A program made the translations under genes and the position numbers. A model generated the notes under the pieces. That model saw nothing but the letters and a program-made list of their open reading frames with translations, was not told the DNA's origin and made no database searches. Shown one piece after another: positions 38,904-48,396 of a stretch of 53,828 nucleotides of DNA. Numbering within the stretch: position 1 is the first letter of the stretch; every line of letters starts with the position of its first letter. This stretch comes from Desulfomonilia bacterium. GTDB taxonomy: Bacteria > Desulfobacterota > Desulfomonilia > UBA1062. Location: assembly GCA_049975365.1 (NCBI GenBank), contig JBNGDS010000006.1, forward strand, positions 3,199-57,026. The letters are read 5' to 3'.

Positions 38904-39713
38904 TCAGAGATGCATCTCAATGCCCGGACGCACATGGAGAATCTCCACGCCTGGCAGCGTCGAACGTACGCTGTTCTCAAATCCCTTCACGTCAATACAC
39001 GGAAGCACCGAGAACCGGTCCAGGGGAGTGGTGAAATCATCGTAGTGAAACGGGATGATGACCGATGGTCTTACGTGTGAGACAAATTCTTTGGTATAGG
39101 ATGGATTTTTCTTCCAGCCAGGGACACACATGAAAAGGATATCACACTGAACAGATTCGATCTGGGATTCGATGAAGTTCGCACTGCCGGCATGGATGAA
39201 CGTGGTTCCCCCCAGTTCTATGAGTGGCATGAACATATCTCCGAGACGGTACTGGTGTGCGCGCAGGGGTACGGATGAGCCGGGATCGATCTCACCCGGG
39301 TAGGGGACCCGTCCGAAAAAGACGAGGCCGTGATTCGATGGGATCATGACAAGGCGTGACCCGTCAAAGAGGTCGATATTCTCCCGTCCGGTGCATACCG
39401 TGACCCGTGAATCGTCTCCAGTGAATGCACACAGGGTCTTGAGGCTTCTGCTCCCGAACACCGGGCACTGGAGGGTACGTGCACATACAGGGGCGTCAAG
39501 GGCGTGGTCAAAGTGGGTGTGACCGATGATCAGGGCACGCACGTTTCCCGAGATATTCGAGCAGTAGTCTACGATTGCCCGCTCATTGGGCTTCAAGGGC
39601 CTCAGGAGCACCTCGAGCTTTCGTGGCCGGGTAAGATAGGGATCGATGAGGATGACATTGTCCCCATAATGCAGCTCGATTCCTGCTGTCCCGAGCCAGC
39701 GCACGCCTACCAT
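38904..39713 (-). CDS. MBL-fold metallo-hydrolase
   Basis: WLGTAG, LIDPY, HTHFDH, PFHYD. Confidence 0.88.
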   Translation of the reverse strand: MVGVRWLGTAGIELHYGDNVILIDPYLTRPRKLEVLLRPLKPNERAIVDYCSNISGNVRALIIGHTHFDHALDAPVCARTLQCPVFGSRSLKTLCAFTGDDSRVTVCTGRENIDLFDGSRLVMIPSNHGLVFFGRVPYPGEIDPGSSVPLRAHQYRLGDMFMPLIELGGTTFIHAGSANFIESQIESVQCDILFMCVPGWKKNPSYTKEFVSHVRPSVIIPFHYDDFTTPLDRFSVLPCIDVKGFENSVRSTLPGVEILHVRPGIEMHL

Positions 39714-39788
39714 TTGTGGTATCCTTTCCTGATGACTATGTGCAGGGCTAGGGACATTGGAAACGATCTTCCTCAACCACGGATCTCG

Positions 39789-40715
39789 TCACGGCTCAGT
39801 TCTCTGAAGTGATCCGGTGATTTCATCCATAGAGCAGGCGCAGATATCGAGCAAGGTTCTTTCGTCCTCATGGAGGTTCATCTCGAGGATGTTCCTGACC
39901 CCTGTGTGATCTACAACACAGGGCAGGCTGAGACAGATGCCATGATACCCGTATTCGCCCTTGAGATAGGTGGTGAGGGGAAAGACCATGGCCCTCTCGT
40001 GTGCGATGGATTCAACAACACAGGCGATCACCTCTCCTGCGGCCAGATGCCCGCTGTGGTCCTTCAATTCCTTCACGATGGATCCCCCTGCCGATCGTGT
40101 TTTTTCTCTGATTCCGTGGAGTTCATCCTCCCCCAGGATCATCCTGACGGGGACACCGCCGATCGATGCAGAACTGAAAAGGGGGATCATGTGGTCGTCA
40201 TGGGTACCGATCACGATTCCCTGCACGCTGGAAACGGACACAGAGGCAGCTTCGGCGATGAAATACCTGAACCGCACGGTGTCGAGACAGCACCCGAGGC
40301 CGAAGGAATTCATGCGAGGCCACGCTGTCCTGAGGTGCCAGGTGATCACATCCACGGGATTGGTAACCACGAGCATCTTCGCATTCGGCCATGAACGCAC
40401 GATCTGGGGTGCAAGCTCGTCCACCACAGAGATGTTGCTTTTCAACAGGTCAAGTCGTGTCATTCCCGCATGTCGGGCAGAACCTGCAGTGAACACGATG
40501 ATGTCTGGTTCGTGGGCATCTTCGAGTCTCCTGCAGTCGATGACCCTGGAATCGCTCTCAAGGCACGGGCGGGCGTGGTTGATATCCATGGCCCTGCCCG
40601 TAGACAGGCCCTCGATTCTGTCATAGAGGAAGATTGGGCCCAGACATCGAGCAGAGAGAGATGCTGCACACGACGACCCTACTTTTCCTGCTCCGATAAC
40701 GAGGATCTTCTTCAT
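39789..40715 (-). CDS. mdh: LDH-like malate dehydrogenase (divergent)
   Basis: IGAGKVG, TAGSARHAGMTRLDL (MDH Arg), VTNPVD, LDTVRF, GTH. Confidence 0.8.
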   Translation of the reverse strand: MKKILVIGAGKVGSSCAASLSARCLGPIFLYDRIEGLSTGRAMDINHARPCLESDSRVIDCRRLEDAHEPDIIVFTAGSARHAGMTRLDLLKSNISVVDELAPQIVRSWPNAKMLVVTNPVDVITWHLRTAWPRMNSFGLGCCLDTVRFRYFIAEAASVSVSSVQGIVIGTHDDHMIPLFSSASIGGVPVRMILGEDELHGIREKTRSAGGSIVKELKDHSGHLAAGEVIACVVESIAHERAMVFPLTTYLKGEYGYHGICLSLPCVVDHTGVRNILEMNLHEDERTLLDICACSMDEITGSLQRTEP

Positions 40716-40812
40716 GCATCCTCTGGTAGGGGGTTCAGGACGTACGCGTTACTTTGCCTGTACATGGGTGGATATTCAGGAAAAGGATGGGGGATGACCT
40801 TGCACCTGTCCT

Positions 40813-41082
40813 TCAATTGTCCTCTGCTCCTGCTTGACTGCCTGATCCTGAGGGGAACTGCTGCCCGAATTCCTGTCTGATTTTCTCATTCATCTGGTCA
40901 TAGACGTCGTTGATCTGCTTCTTCGCTTCTTCCCCTTTTTGCAGGAGCTCTCCGCCCACGACCTCCCTGACCGTATCGGTGATGGCCTTCTTTGCCTCGC
41001 TTCCCTCGCACCCGCCCATCAGGACGATACAGACTACTGAAAGGATCACCACGATTCCGGTACACATCTTGTAGAGTGTCAT
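40813..41082 (-). CDS. hypothetical small lipoprotein
   Basis: Hydrophobic leader ending MGG-C, then amphipathic helical body; RBS GAGGT; start could be 41088. Confidence 0.7.
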   Translation of the reverse strand: MTLYKMCTGIVVILSVVCIVLMGGCEGSEAKKAITDTVREVVGGELLQKGEEAKKQINDVYDQMNEKIRQEFGQQFPSGSGSQAGAEDN

Positions 41083-41137
41083 GCTCATACACCTCACATT
41101 GTACCCGTCATGTCATGCTCATCGGTTTTTCGGGCTT

Positions 41138-41677
41138 TCAACATGACCCGCACATCGTGCGCAGGTAGCGGAACAGGGCCCGTGCAGCACCTTTCGGCTT
41201 TCCTGTTCTTTTCTCGTCCCAGGCCTTTTCGAGAAACCGGAAGAACTCGTCCCTGTCCGCCTGGGGAAACTGAGTCAGAACAGTTCTCGTGTACTCCTCG
41301 TCCCCTGCAATGAGCCCATCCCTGAGCTGTTCTATATGCTGAAATAAAAGTGCATCCCGTGAACTCACAGAGTCGATTTCCTGGAGTGTCCTCCGAATCG
41401 GTTCAGGATCGACCTTCCTCATGAGGACACCGATGAACTGCATCTGGCGCTTCCTTGCAGAATGGCTCCTGATGGTCTTTGCGAACCGCACCGCCTCTTT
41501 GAGATCCTTCGGGATGTCGAGGCCCTGGAGTCTCTGGGCAGAGAGGGTTACCAGGCGCTCGCCGAGCTTCTGCAGTTCGATCATGTCCTTCTTTTTCTGC
41601 GTCTTGCTTGTGCGGGCCGGTTCCTGATCATCCTCGATGCGGTCGTGATCTTGAGGAATGTCGGGGGGCTTTTTCAT
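41138..41677 (-). CDS. yjgA: ribosome maturation factor DarP (YjgA, DUF615)
   Basis: SKTQKK, LQKLGERL, ARKRQMQFIG, RDGL, RALFRYL. Confidence 0.92.
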   Translation of the reverse strand: MKKPPDIPQDHDRIEDDQEPARTSKTQKKKDMIELQKLGERLVTLSAQRLQGLDIPKDLKEAVRFAKTIRSHSARKRQMQFIGVLMRKVDPEPIRRTLQEIDSVSSRDALLFQHIEQLRDGLIAGDEEYTRTVLTQFPQADRDEFFRFLEKAWDEKRTGKPKGAARALFRYLRTMCGSC

Positions 41678-43374
41678 GGGCGTCTCCCGTGTGTGGAAAC
41701 CACACGATCCTTCTGCATCTTTCTGCCGGTTGCTGTCTTTTCGACGAATATACGCTCACCGGTGAACGGATCGATACCGGTATGATACATCAGAGAAGAA
41801 TAGGTCGATGGCGTCGGGGTGAAGATCTGGACCTGCTCGGGATTGATCTTGAGATAGGTTTTCACGTATGAGCTGAGCTTTTCCATGTCCCTGTCCGTAC
41901 ATCCGGGGTGGGCCGCCATGAGGTAGTAGGTCAGGTACTGATCCTTTCCCGCGGTTTTTGAGAGCCTGAAGAACGCATCCCTGAATGCTCTGAGCGAGCG
42001 TGTTCCGGGCTTGCCCATATGTCTGAGCACGTCTTCGGCGCAGTGTTCAGGGGCGATCTTCATCTGCCCGGAGACATGGTGTCGGACCACCTCATCAAGG
42101 TAGTTCATGCCATGTGCCCTGTCGGCCAGTACAATGTCATGGCGGATTCCCGAGGCCACGAACACCCTCTGTATACCGGGGATTCTCCTCAGCTCCCTGA
42201 GAAGTTCAATCTGTTCATCATGCCCGAGCACAAGGTTATCGCAGGGCCCAGGATCGATGCACCGAGTTCTCCTGCAGGAGATCCCTGACGGTGTCAGTGC
42301 ACACCGAGAGCCGTACATGTTTGCCGTCGGGCCGCCGACATCGCTCAGCGTGCCCGTGAAACGGGGGTGATGTGTAAGTGAGTGTGCCTCGCTGATCAGG
42401 GACCCCCTGCTCCTGGACTGTATTCTGCTGCCTTCATGGAGAGGTATTGAACAGAAGTTGCACCGTCCAAAGCACCCCCGGTGCGTTCGCAGCGAAAATC
42501 TGATGGTGTCGATCGCCTTCACTGCGCCCTGACGTGCATAGTACGGGTGTACGTCGCGTTCGAAATCCAGGGCATAGCTGTCGTCGAGTTCCTGCTCATT
42601 CAGGTCTGGCCAGGGAGGATTGTGCACCAGAAACCGGTTCCCGTGTGCCTGGACAAGACCTTCATAGCCCCCGGGATCGTTGCACCGGGTGAATGTATCA
42701 AACATGTCGATGAAGGCCCTTTTCTGTGTTGCAGCTGAGTCATACCCGGGGAGCTCCCGATAGCCGCGGGGAGGGTCTTTCGAGATGTAACAGATGCCGG
42801 GCAGATCCCGATAGTCTTTCCCTGAACGGATCCTCCTGGCGAGTTCAAGGGCCGTATATTCACCCATACCGTAGACCAGAATGTCAGCCTTTGCGTCAAA
42901 CAGGATCGATCTCCGAACTGTATCGGTCCAGAAATCATAGTGGGCGATCCGTCGCAGGCTCGCTTCAATCCCGCCCAGCACGATGGGGGATGTTCCCCTG
43001 AAGAACCTGCGAATGAGGTTGGTGTAGACAATGACCGACCGGTCAGGACGCTGCGTGTTCATGCCGCCGGGTGTGTAATCGTCTGATTTTCTCCTTTTTT
43101 TCAGGGGGGTATAGTTCGCCACCATGGAGTCGATGCTTCCCCCGCTCACGCCCCAGAACAGTGCCGGTTCCCCCAGGCGGGTGATGTCTGCCGGGGAATG
43201 AATATCTGGCTGTGCAATAACGGCCACCCTGAATCCGGCGGCTGTGAGTGTTTTCCCCACCAGGGCAATCCCGATGTGCGGACTGTCGATATACGCATCA
43301 CCGGTGACGAGGATGACATCAGGTCTGTGCCAGCCTAGAGAGACAAGTTCGTGCTGTGTGGTCGGAAGAAACAT
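41674..43374 (-). CDS. ygiQ: YgiQ family radical SAM protein (UPF0313)
   Basis: VTGDAYID, GGIEASLRR, HRGCFGRCNFC, GGPTANMY, KIAPEH, AAHPGC, QVQIFTPTP. Confidence 0.93.
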   Translation of the reverse strand: MFLPTTQHELVSLGWHRPDVILVTGDAYIDSPHIGIALVGKTLTAAGFRVAVIAQPDIHSPADITRLGEPALFWGVSGGSIDSMVANYTPLKKRRKSDDYTPGGMNTQRPDRSVIVYTNLIRRFFRGTSPIVLGGIEASLRRIAHYDFWTDTVRRSILFDAKADILVYGMGEYTALELARRIRSGKDYRDLPGICYISKDPPRGYRELPGYDSAATQKRAFIDMFDTFTRCNDPGGYEGLVQAHGNRFLVHNPPWPDLNEQELDDSYALDFERDVHPYYARQGAVKAIDTIRFSLRTHRGCFGRCNFCSIPLHEGSRIQSRSRGSLISEAHSLTHHPRFTGTLSDVGGPTANMYGSRCALTPSGISCRRTRCIDPGPCDNLVLGHDEQIELLRELRRIPGIQRVFVASGIRHDIVLADRAHGMNYLDEVVRHHVSGQMKIAPEHCAEDVLRHMGKPGTRSLRAFRDAFFRLSKTAGKDQYLTYYLMAAHPGCTDRDMEKLSSYVKTYLKINPEQVQIFTPTPSTYSSLMYHTGIDPFTGERIFVEKTATGRKMQKDRVVSTHGRRP

Positions 43375-43395
43375 GGGAGGTTTCGAACCCTGTTC

Positions 43396-44319
43396 TTACT
43401 CAGGGTGAGGGCGTGTTGTGTGTGGTTCAGAGGGAGACTCGCGGTGAGGGTCTTGGTTCAAATGGTTCAGCGCCCATTGAGTTGTGAGCTCCATGACCGT
43501 TTTCTTGTTCCTGTCGAGGTGGCCGATATGGCCGTTCCCTTCTATGATGCACAGGTCCTTTACACAGTTCAGGGCATGATAGAGCATCCTGGCCGTCTCA
43601 GGGGAATCGATCCTGTCTTCCGCCCCGTGGAGGACCAGGGTGGGAATCCTGATCGATCCGACTCTCGTGATGGTGTCCACAAACACCGACTGTGCGGCGC
43701 CGGGCAGGGGGAAGCTCGACCACATGGCACGAACACGGGGATTTTCCCTCCACATTCTGTTCACATCTGGATCCGATGCGACCTCGGTCTTGCTGAAGGC
43801 CCAGTTCATCTCCAGGTGGAGGTCATCACCGGTGAGGAACCTTTTCAGGTGACCCAGCCAGACGAACAGTCGCATGATCACGCTGTCTGTCCAGGTGAGG
43901 GGGTTTCTCACCGTAGCATCCAGGGTGATGAGGGTTTTCAGCCGCGGTTCTACCAGGGCTGCCTCGAGAATTGCTGTTCCCCCCGATGAGAGACCAAAGG
44001 CCCCGATCTTTTTCGCATCGATCAAGGGGTGGCCTTCGAGAAAATCCAGTGCCGAGCGGATATCTTCGACCCAGAGGCCGATGTTTACATGGTATCGCAG
44101 GCCCTGGCTCTCACCGTTTCCATGCATGTCCAGGACGAGAGCTGCGATGCCGTGCTCTGCAAGGTGACAGGCGAGTTCGAAGTAGTTTTCCTTGAAGTCC
44201 AGGGCGCCGTGACAGAGAACCAGTGCAGGGGAACACTGGGGTGGACAGGGGTGAAAGAGCATCCCTGCAATCTGTTCACTGCGGGAGAAGAATGTAACGG
44301 GTTCCTTGGAGGTGCTCAT
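43396..44319 (-). CDS. alpha/beta hydrolase
   Basis: LCHG, GNGES, GLSSGG nucleophile elbow, HGAED, GNGH. Confidence 0.9.
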   Translation of the reverse strand: MSTSKEPVTFFSRSEQIAGMLFHPCPPQCSPALVLCHGALDFKENYFELACHLAEHGIAALVLDMHGNGESQGLRYHVNIGLWVEDIRSALDFLEGHPLIDAKKIGAFGLSSGGTAILEAALVEPRLKTLITLDATVRNPLTWTDSVIMRLFVWLGHLKRFLTGDDLHLEMNWAFSKTEVASDPDVNRMWRENPRVRAMWSSFPLPGAAQSVFVDTITRVGSIRIPTLVLHGAEDRIDSPETARMLYHALNCVKDLCIIEGNGHIGHLDRNKKTVMELTTQWALNHLNQDPHRESPSEPHTTRPHPE

Positions 44320-44422
44320 GGAATTGCACGCAGCTCCTCACGATTCCCTATGAATTCGGGTGTGAGAGCAGTGTGTGCCGACACGGTGGCACACCAGCGG
44401 ACGCCGAATGCCCCGCTCATGA

Positions 44423-45757
44423 TCAGAGCGCAGATTGCGACGGAGCGGTTGATGTCTCTCTCGTGGAATTGATGTAATCTCTGATGCTGTCGGCCACGGT
44501 CTCAAAGGTCCATCTGCGTTTCTCATCATCCATCTCGAGGAGTGTGATCCTGAACCCTTTTCTCGTGCAGCAGAACCCGGTCAGAGGGACAACGCAGATC
44601 CCCGTCGACCCCAGGAGATAGTAGACGAACCGCTTGTCCACCTCCACACCTTTGACCTTGTTCTCGATATACTCCCGCGCCTTTGAATTGCTGATGGGCA
44701 GACTCTGTTTATTGTTCAAAACTCCGTCTTCGAAGAGGACGGACATGTAGAACGCAGCATGGGCCCTGTTCACTTTGATTCCTTCGACCTGAGAAAGGAT
44801 CTCCCAGGCTTCCTGAGCCCTGGATTCATACATGCGGCGTCTCTTTTTGAGATGGTCGGTGTAGCGCGGGTCTCCAATGACCAGCGGGATTGCGTACTGG
44901 GGGAGGCTCGTGGAACAGACCTCGAGCATCTTTGCATTGATGAGACTCTTGATGTACCGCTTGAAATTGAGCTTGTCCTGGTTGAATACCTCGATCCATC
45001 CGCACCGTGCACCAGGCCAGGGAAACTCTTTGGAGATACCCCTCAGGGCGATTCCGGGGACATCCCCGATAACCTCACTGAGGTGTGCGGTCTTCGCCGT
45101 GCTGTACACGAGGTGGGCATAGGTTTCGTCGCATATCATGAACACCTTGTATTTCCTGGCGATAGCCACGATCTTTTCCAGGAGTTCCCGGGGATACACG
45201 GCTCCGGTGGGGTTGTCCGGGTTGATCATGAGGATGCCCGCGATGGAGTCGTTGTATTTTATCTTGTTTTCGAGATCCTGGAGATCCGGCATCCAGCCGT
45301 TGTTCGGATCGAGTTCGTACGTGAGGTGCTCGTAGCCGGAATGGGCGGCTTCAGCGGATGAATGGGTGGAGTATGCGGGGGATGGGCCGATTACCCGTGC
45401 CTCCCGCTTGAGATATCCAAAGATCTTTGCCACCGCATCCCCGAGTCCGTCGAAGAAGATGATATCGTCTTTCGTGATCTGGTATCCGCCGCGCTTGTTC
45501 ACGTGCTCCGCAAGGAACTGGCGTGTTTCCAGGACACCCTGGGTCGCAACGTACCCGTAGGTCTTGTCTTCAGTAACAAGTCGGATGATGATATCCTTGA
45601 TCCAGTCCGGGAGTTTTTCACCCTTTGCAATGGGATCACCGATGTTTTCCCAGGTTACCGTGACGCCCAGACGTGCAAGGTCATCTGCAACAGCAACAAT
45701 TTCGCGGATTTCGTAGGTGAGCTGCTCAGCACCCTCGTGGACGATATTTCTTCTCAT
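44423..45757 (-). CDS. PLP-dependent aminotransferase class I/II
   Basis: NIGDP, INPDNPTG, DETY, ISKEFPWPGARCG. Confidence 0.92.
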   Translation of the reverse strand: MRRNIVHEGAEQLTYEIREIVAVADDLARLGVTVTWENIGDPIAKGEKLPDWIKDIIIRLVTEDKTYGYVATQGVLETRQFLAEHVNKRGGYQITKDDIIFFDGLGDAVAKIFGYLKREARVIGPSPAYSTHSSAEAAHSGYEHLTYELDPNNGWMPDLQDLENKIKYNDSIAGILMINPDNPTGAVYPRELLEKIVAIARKYKVFMICDETYAHLVYSTAKTAHLSEVIGDVPGIALRGISKEFPWPGARCGWIEVFNQDKLNFKRYIKSLINAKMLEVCSTSLPQYAIPLVIGDPRYTDHLKKRRRMYESRAQEAWEILSQVEGIKVNRAHAAFYMSVLFEDGVLNNKQSLPISNSKAREYIENKVKGVEVDKRFVYYLLGSTGICVVPLTGFCCTRKGFRITLLEMDDEKRRWTFETVADSIRDYINSTRETSTAPSQSAL

Positions 45758-45968
45758 ATTCGTTGTCTCCCTGATGTGGTCACATTCATCACATCGTCTT
45801 TTGGTGTCTAAACCTTGATGGTTACATAATCGAACGACCTGATAAAATCAAACGATTTCTCTCGGGAGAGAGTCGCGCTCGACTCGTTGTTCCCATGCGA
45901 TCTTTGTGGTGGGGTGTCATCTCATGGAAAAAAATCGACAGAGGAGTGTTCGTGACCCTGTTGACCAG

Positions 45969-47036
45969 CTACGGTTCTGTCTCGTGGACAACGCTCCCCA
46001 GCCAGGCCTTGAGAACCGCATGGACCAGCGTGGCCAGAGGTATGGCAAGGATGAGCCCCCAGATTCCCCACAGGCCGCCGAAGACGAGAATGGCTATGAT
46101 GATGGCTACAGGATGAATGTTCACCACTTCCGAGAGGAGCAGCGGGGCGAGTACGTTCCCGTCGAGGGCCTGAATGATGCCGTATGCAATTATGATATAT
46201 ATGGTTTGTGCGCTCAGCCCCCACTGGAAGAGCGCAAAGAAGACAATGGGAAAGAGCATGAACGTGGCACCGATATAGGGGGCGAGGACGGACAGGCCCA
46301 CAAAGAGCGAGAGGACAACGGAAAACCTCAAGCCCATGAGGGCAAACGTGACATAGCTGACCGCCCAGACGATGATGATCTCCCAGATCTTGCCCCTGAT
46401 GTAATTCGATATCTGCTGGTTCACTTCTATCCAGACTTTTTTTGCAAGAGCCCTGTCCTCGGGGAGCAGGCCTCTGACCCACTGGAAGATAAGGTACTTG
46501 TCCTTGAGGAAGAAGAAGACCAGAAACGGCACGAGGATGAGGTAAACCAGGAGCGTGATGATCCCCTTGACCGATGATATGGAGATCTGCACGATGTTAT
46601 CGCCGATGCCTGTAAACTCTGAGCCGATCATGCCAAGCAGCTGCCTCGTACGCTCTTCAGAGATTATCTCGGGGTATTTCTGGGGCAGGAGCATGAGCGT
46701 CTTCTGTCCCTTCGCGATCATGGAGGGAATTTCCATGAAGAGCTGGGCGATCTGCTTTGAGAGCAGGGGGAGGAATACCGTGAAAAAGAGCACCAGAATG
46801 GCGATGAAGAGCAGAAATACAATGATAACCGAGGCATTTCGTGGCAGGTGGAATGCCTCAAGCCAGTCAACGATACCATCGAGGAGATAGGCGATGATAA
46901 CGGCAACAAAGACAGGGAGCAGCATGTCACCGAGGATGAATACCAGGGCGAACCCGAGGATCAGCAGGAACACGAGGATGAGGACCTGGGGATCGGAGAA
47001 ATATCGCCTCACCCATTTTCGTACATACTGTTTCAT
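45969..47036 (-). CDS. AI-2E family transporter (PerM-like)
   Basis: AYLL, FFFLKD, NYIRGK, PYIG, DGNVLAP, IHP, AIPLA. Confidence 0.92.
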   Translation of the reverse strand: MKQYVRKWVRRYFSDPQVLILVFLLILGFALVFILGDMLLPVFVAVIIAYLLDGIVDWLEAFHLPRNASVIIVFLLFIAILVLFFTVFLPLLSKQIAQLFMEIPSMIAKGQKTLMLLPQKYPEIISEERTRQLLGMIGSEFTGIGDNIVQISISSVKGIITLLVYLILVPFLVFFFLKDKYLIFQWVRGLLPEDRALAKKVWIEVNQQISNYIRGKIWEIIIVWAVSYVTFALMGLRFSVVLSLFVGLSVLAPYIGATFMLFPIVFFALFQWGLSAQTIYIIIAYGIIQALDGNVLAPLLLSEVVNIHPVAIIIAILVFGGLWGIWGLILAIPLATLVHAVLKAWLGSVVHETEP

Positions 47037-47152
47037 GGCTTACACGTATCCTACCAAGTTTTCACGAAGGATTGAACAGAGAAAACACATTGTATAGAAA
47101 CGATCAGGGAGCCCTATCTCGAGTGGACACAAGCATTTCTCAGAAGAGAGAA

Positions 47153-47269
47153 AGACCTCCCCTGCCGTGGGGGATTTTTCTCAATGGAACAGGGGAGAAA
47201 GGTCCCGGGCAGAGAACATTGATCCGGGAGATCCGGCACGGTATTGCTGCCGGACCCCCCTGGAGGATC
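47153..47269 (-). terminator. two consecutive stem-loops after the chalcone-isomerase-like gene
   Basis: TCCGGCA..TGCCGGA stem and GACCT/CCCCTG..CAGGGG/AGGTC stem; weak U-tract. Confidence 0.35.
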
Positions 47270-47272
47270 ATC

Positions 47273-47836
47273 CTACAGTCCCAGCATCTCGTTCTTCAGG
47301 CTCTTCTGCGCTGGTTTGTCGCACAGCCAGATGCCAAAGAGGGCTTTTTTGAAATCGAATCCCGGAATGACCGTGGCAAGGTTCTTGTTCTTGTAGACCT
47401 CGGTCCCCTTGCCGGGAACATACACAAATTCATAGAGGTCGCCTTCGTTGATCTTTTCCCTGAAGACATTGATGAACTCTTCGATCCTGTCCTTGATGGG
47501 GTCGATGTTCCCCTCGGTGGAGTTCTCGAACCCTTCCCTGGTGGCGCTCTCCATCTTGTCACTGGTCACCATGCCAGAGGTGATGTAGAGAACGATAGCC
47601 ATGGCTTCATCGGCGTCGATGATGGCCTGGGCATCGCTGTTCTCTGACTTCAGATACAGACCCCCGACATACGCGTCGATGAAGAATTTCGTCCTCTTCC
47701 CTGCGCCATTCAGGATAAGGTCGGTATCGCCTGCGCTGATGGAATCGGCCACATTCACCCCCGCAACTTCCACGGCATACCCGAGTGATGCACACATGAG
47801 CACGATAAACAGAATTGCACAAACCTTTTTACACAT
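47273..47836 (-). CDS. chalcone isomerase-fold family protein with signal peptide
   Basis: LNGAGKRTKFFIDAYVGGLYL, ALFGIWL, P..SLK..MLG; RBS AGGAGG. Confidence 0.88.
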   Translation of the reverse strand: MCKKVCAILFIVLMCASLGYAVEVAGVNVADSISAGDTDLILNGAGKRTKFFIDAYVGGLYLKSENSDAQAIIDADEAMAIVLYITSGMVTSDKMESATREGFENSTEGNIDPIKDRIEEFINVFREKINEGDLYEFVYVPGKGTEVYKNKNLATVIPGFDFKKALFGIWLCDKPAQKSLKNEMLGL

Positions 47837-48005
47837 ACGTTCCCTCCTCATTATCGTATAGATTTTTTAACATTTCCCTCTGGAACCGATACCCCCGGCA
47901 CATGTGCACTTCAGAAGGTCCCGGGAATCCGTACAGCTCCATGTGCAGATATTTCTCCAGCATACTATCACGTTTTTTCACACATGTGAATACATGAGTA
48001 TCCGC

Positions 48006-48308
48006 TTACGTATTGTCAGATGGGTCTTGCCCACTTGGTTTGAGCTCGACTATCGTGGCACCCCAGCCCCCTTCGAGTCCCCCTGCGAGCCTGAAGGACT
48101 CGACCTCCGGCATCGTGCTCAGCAGAGAGTGAACGATTCGTCTCAGTGTTCCTGTCCCTTTCCCGTGGACGATTCTCACGTACAGGATCCCCTTTTCCCT
48201 GCATTCCTTCAGGTAATCAGGAACAAGCTCCTTGATGTCCCTGGGAGAGAACATGTGGAGGTCCAGGGTATCGTCGACCACGAGTTCATGGTAGGCGTCA
48301 TCGTTCAT
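48006..48308 (-). CDS. stand-alone Smr domain protein
   Basis: LDLH, RIVHGKGTGTLR, GGWGATIV. Confidence 0.92.
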   Translation of the reverse strand: MNDDAYHELVVDDTLDLHMFSPRDIKELVPDYLKECREKGILYVRIVHGKGTGTLRRIVHSLLSTMPEVESFRLAGGLEGGWGATIVELKPSGQDPSDNT

Positions 48309-48396
48309 GGCGGTTTAAGAATGCGGCCGCTGGCGGGAATGCGCCCAGCGATGAGCATATGATCACGGAAGGGGTGCGGGGCATGATCCCGATGAG

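Noticed and set aside
45773-45795. GATGTG..CACATC inverted repeat upstream of the aminotransferase (CRP/Rex-like)
   Set aside because: Half-site spacing matches neither CRP nor Rex
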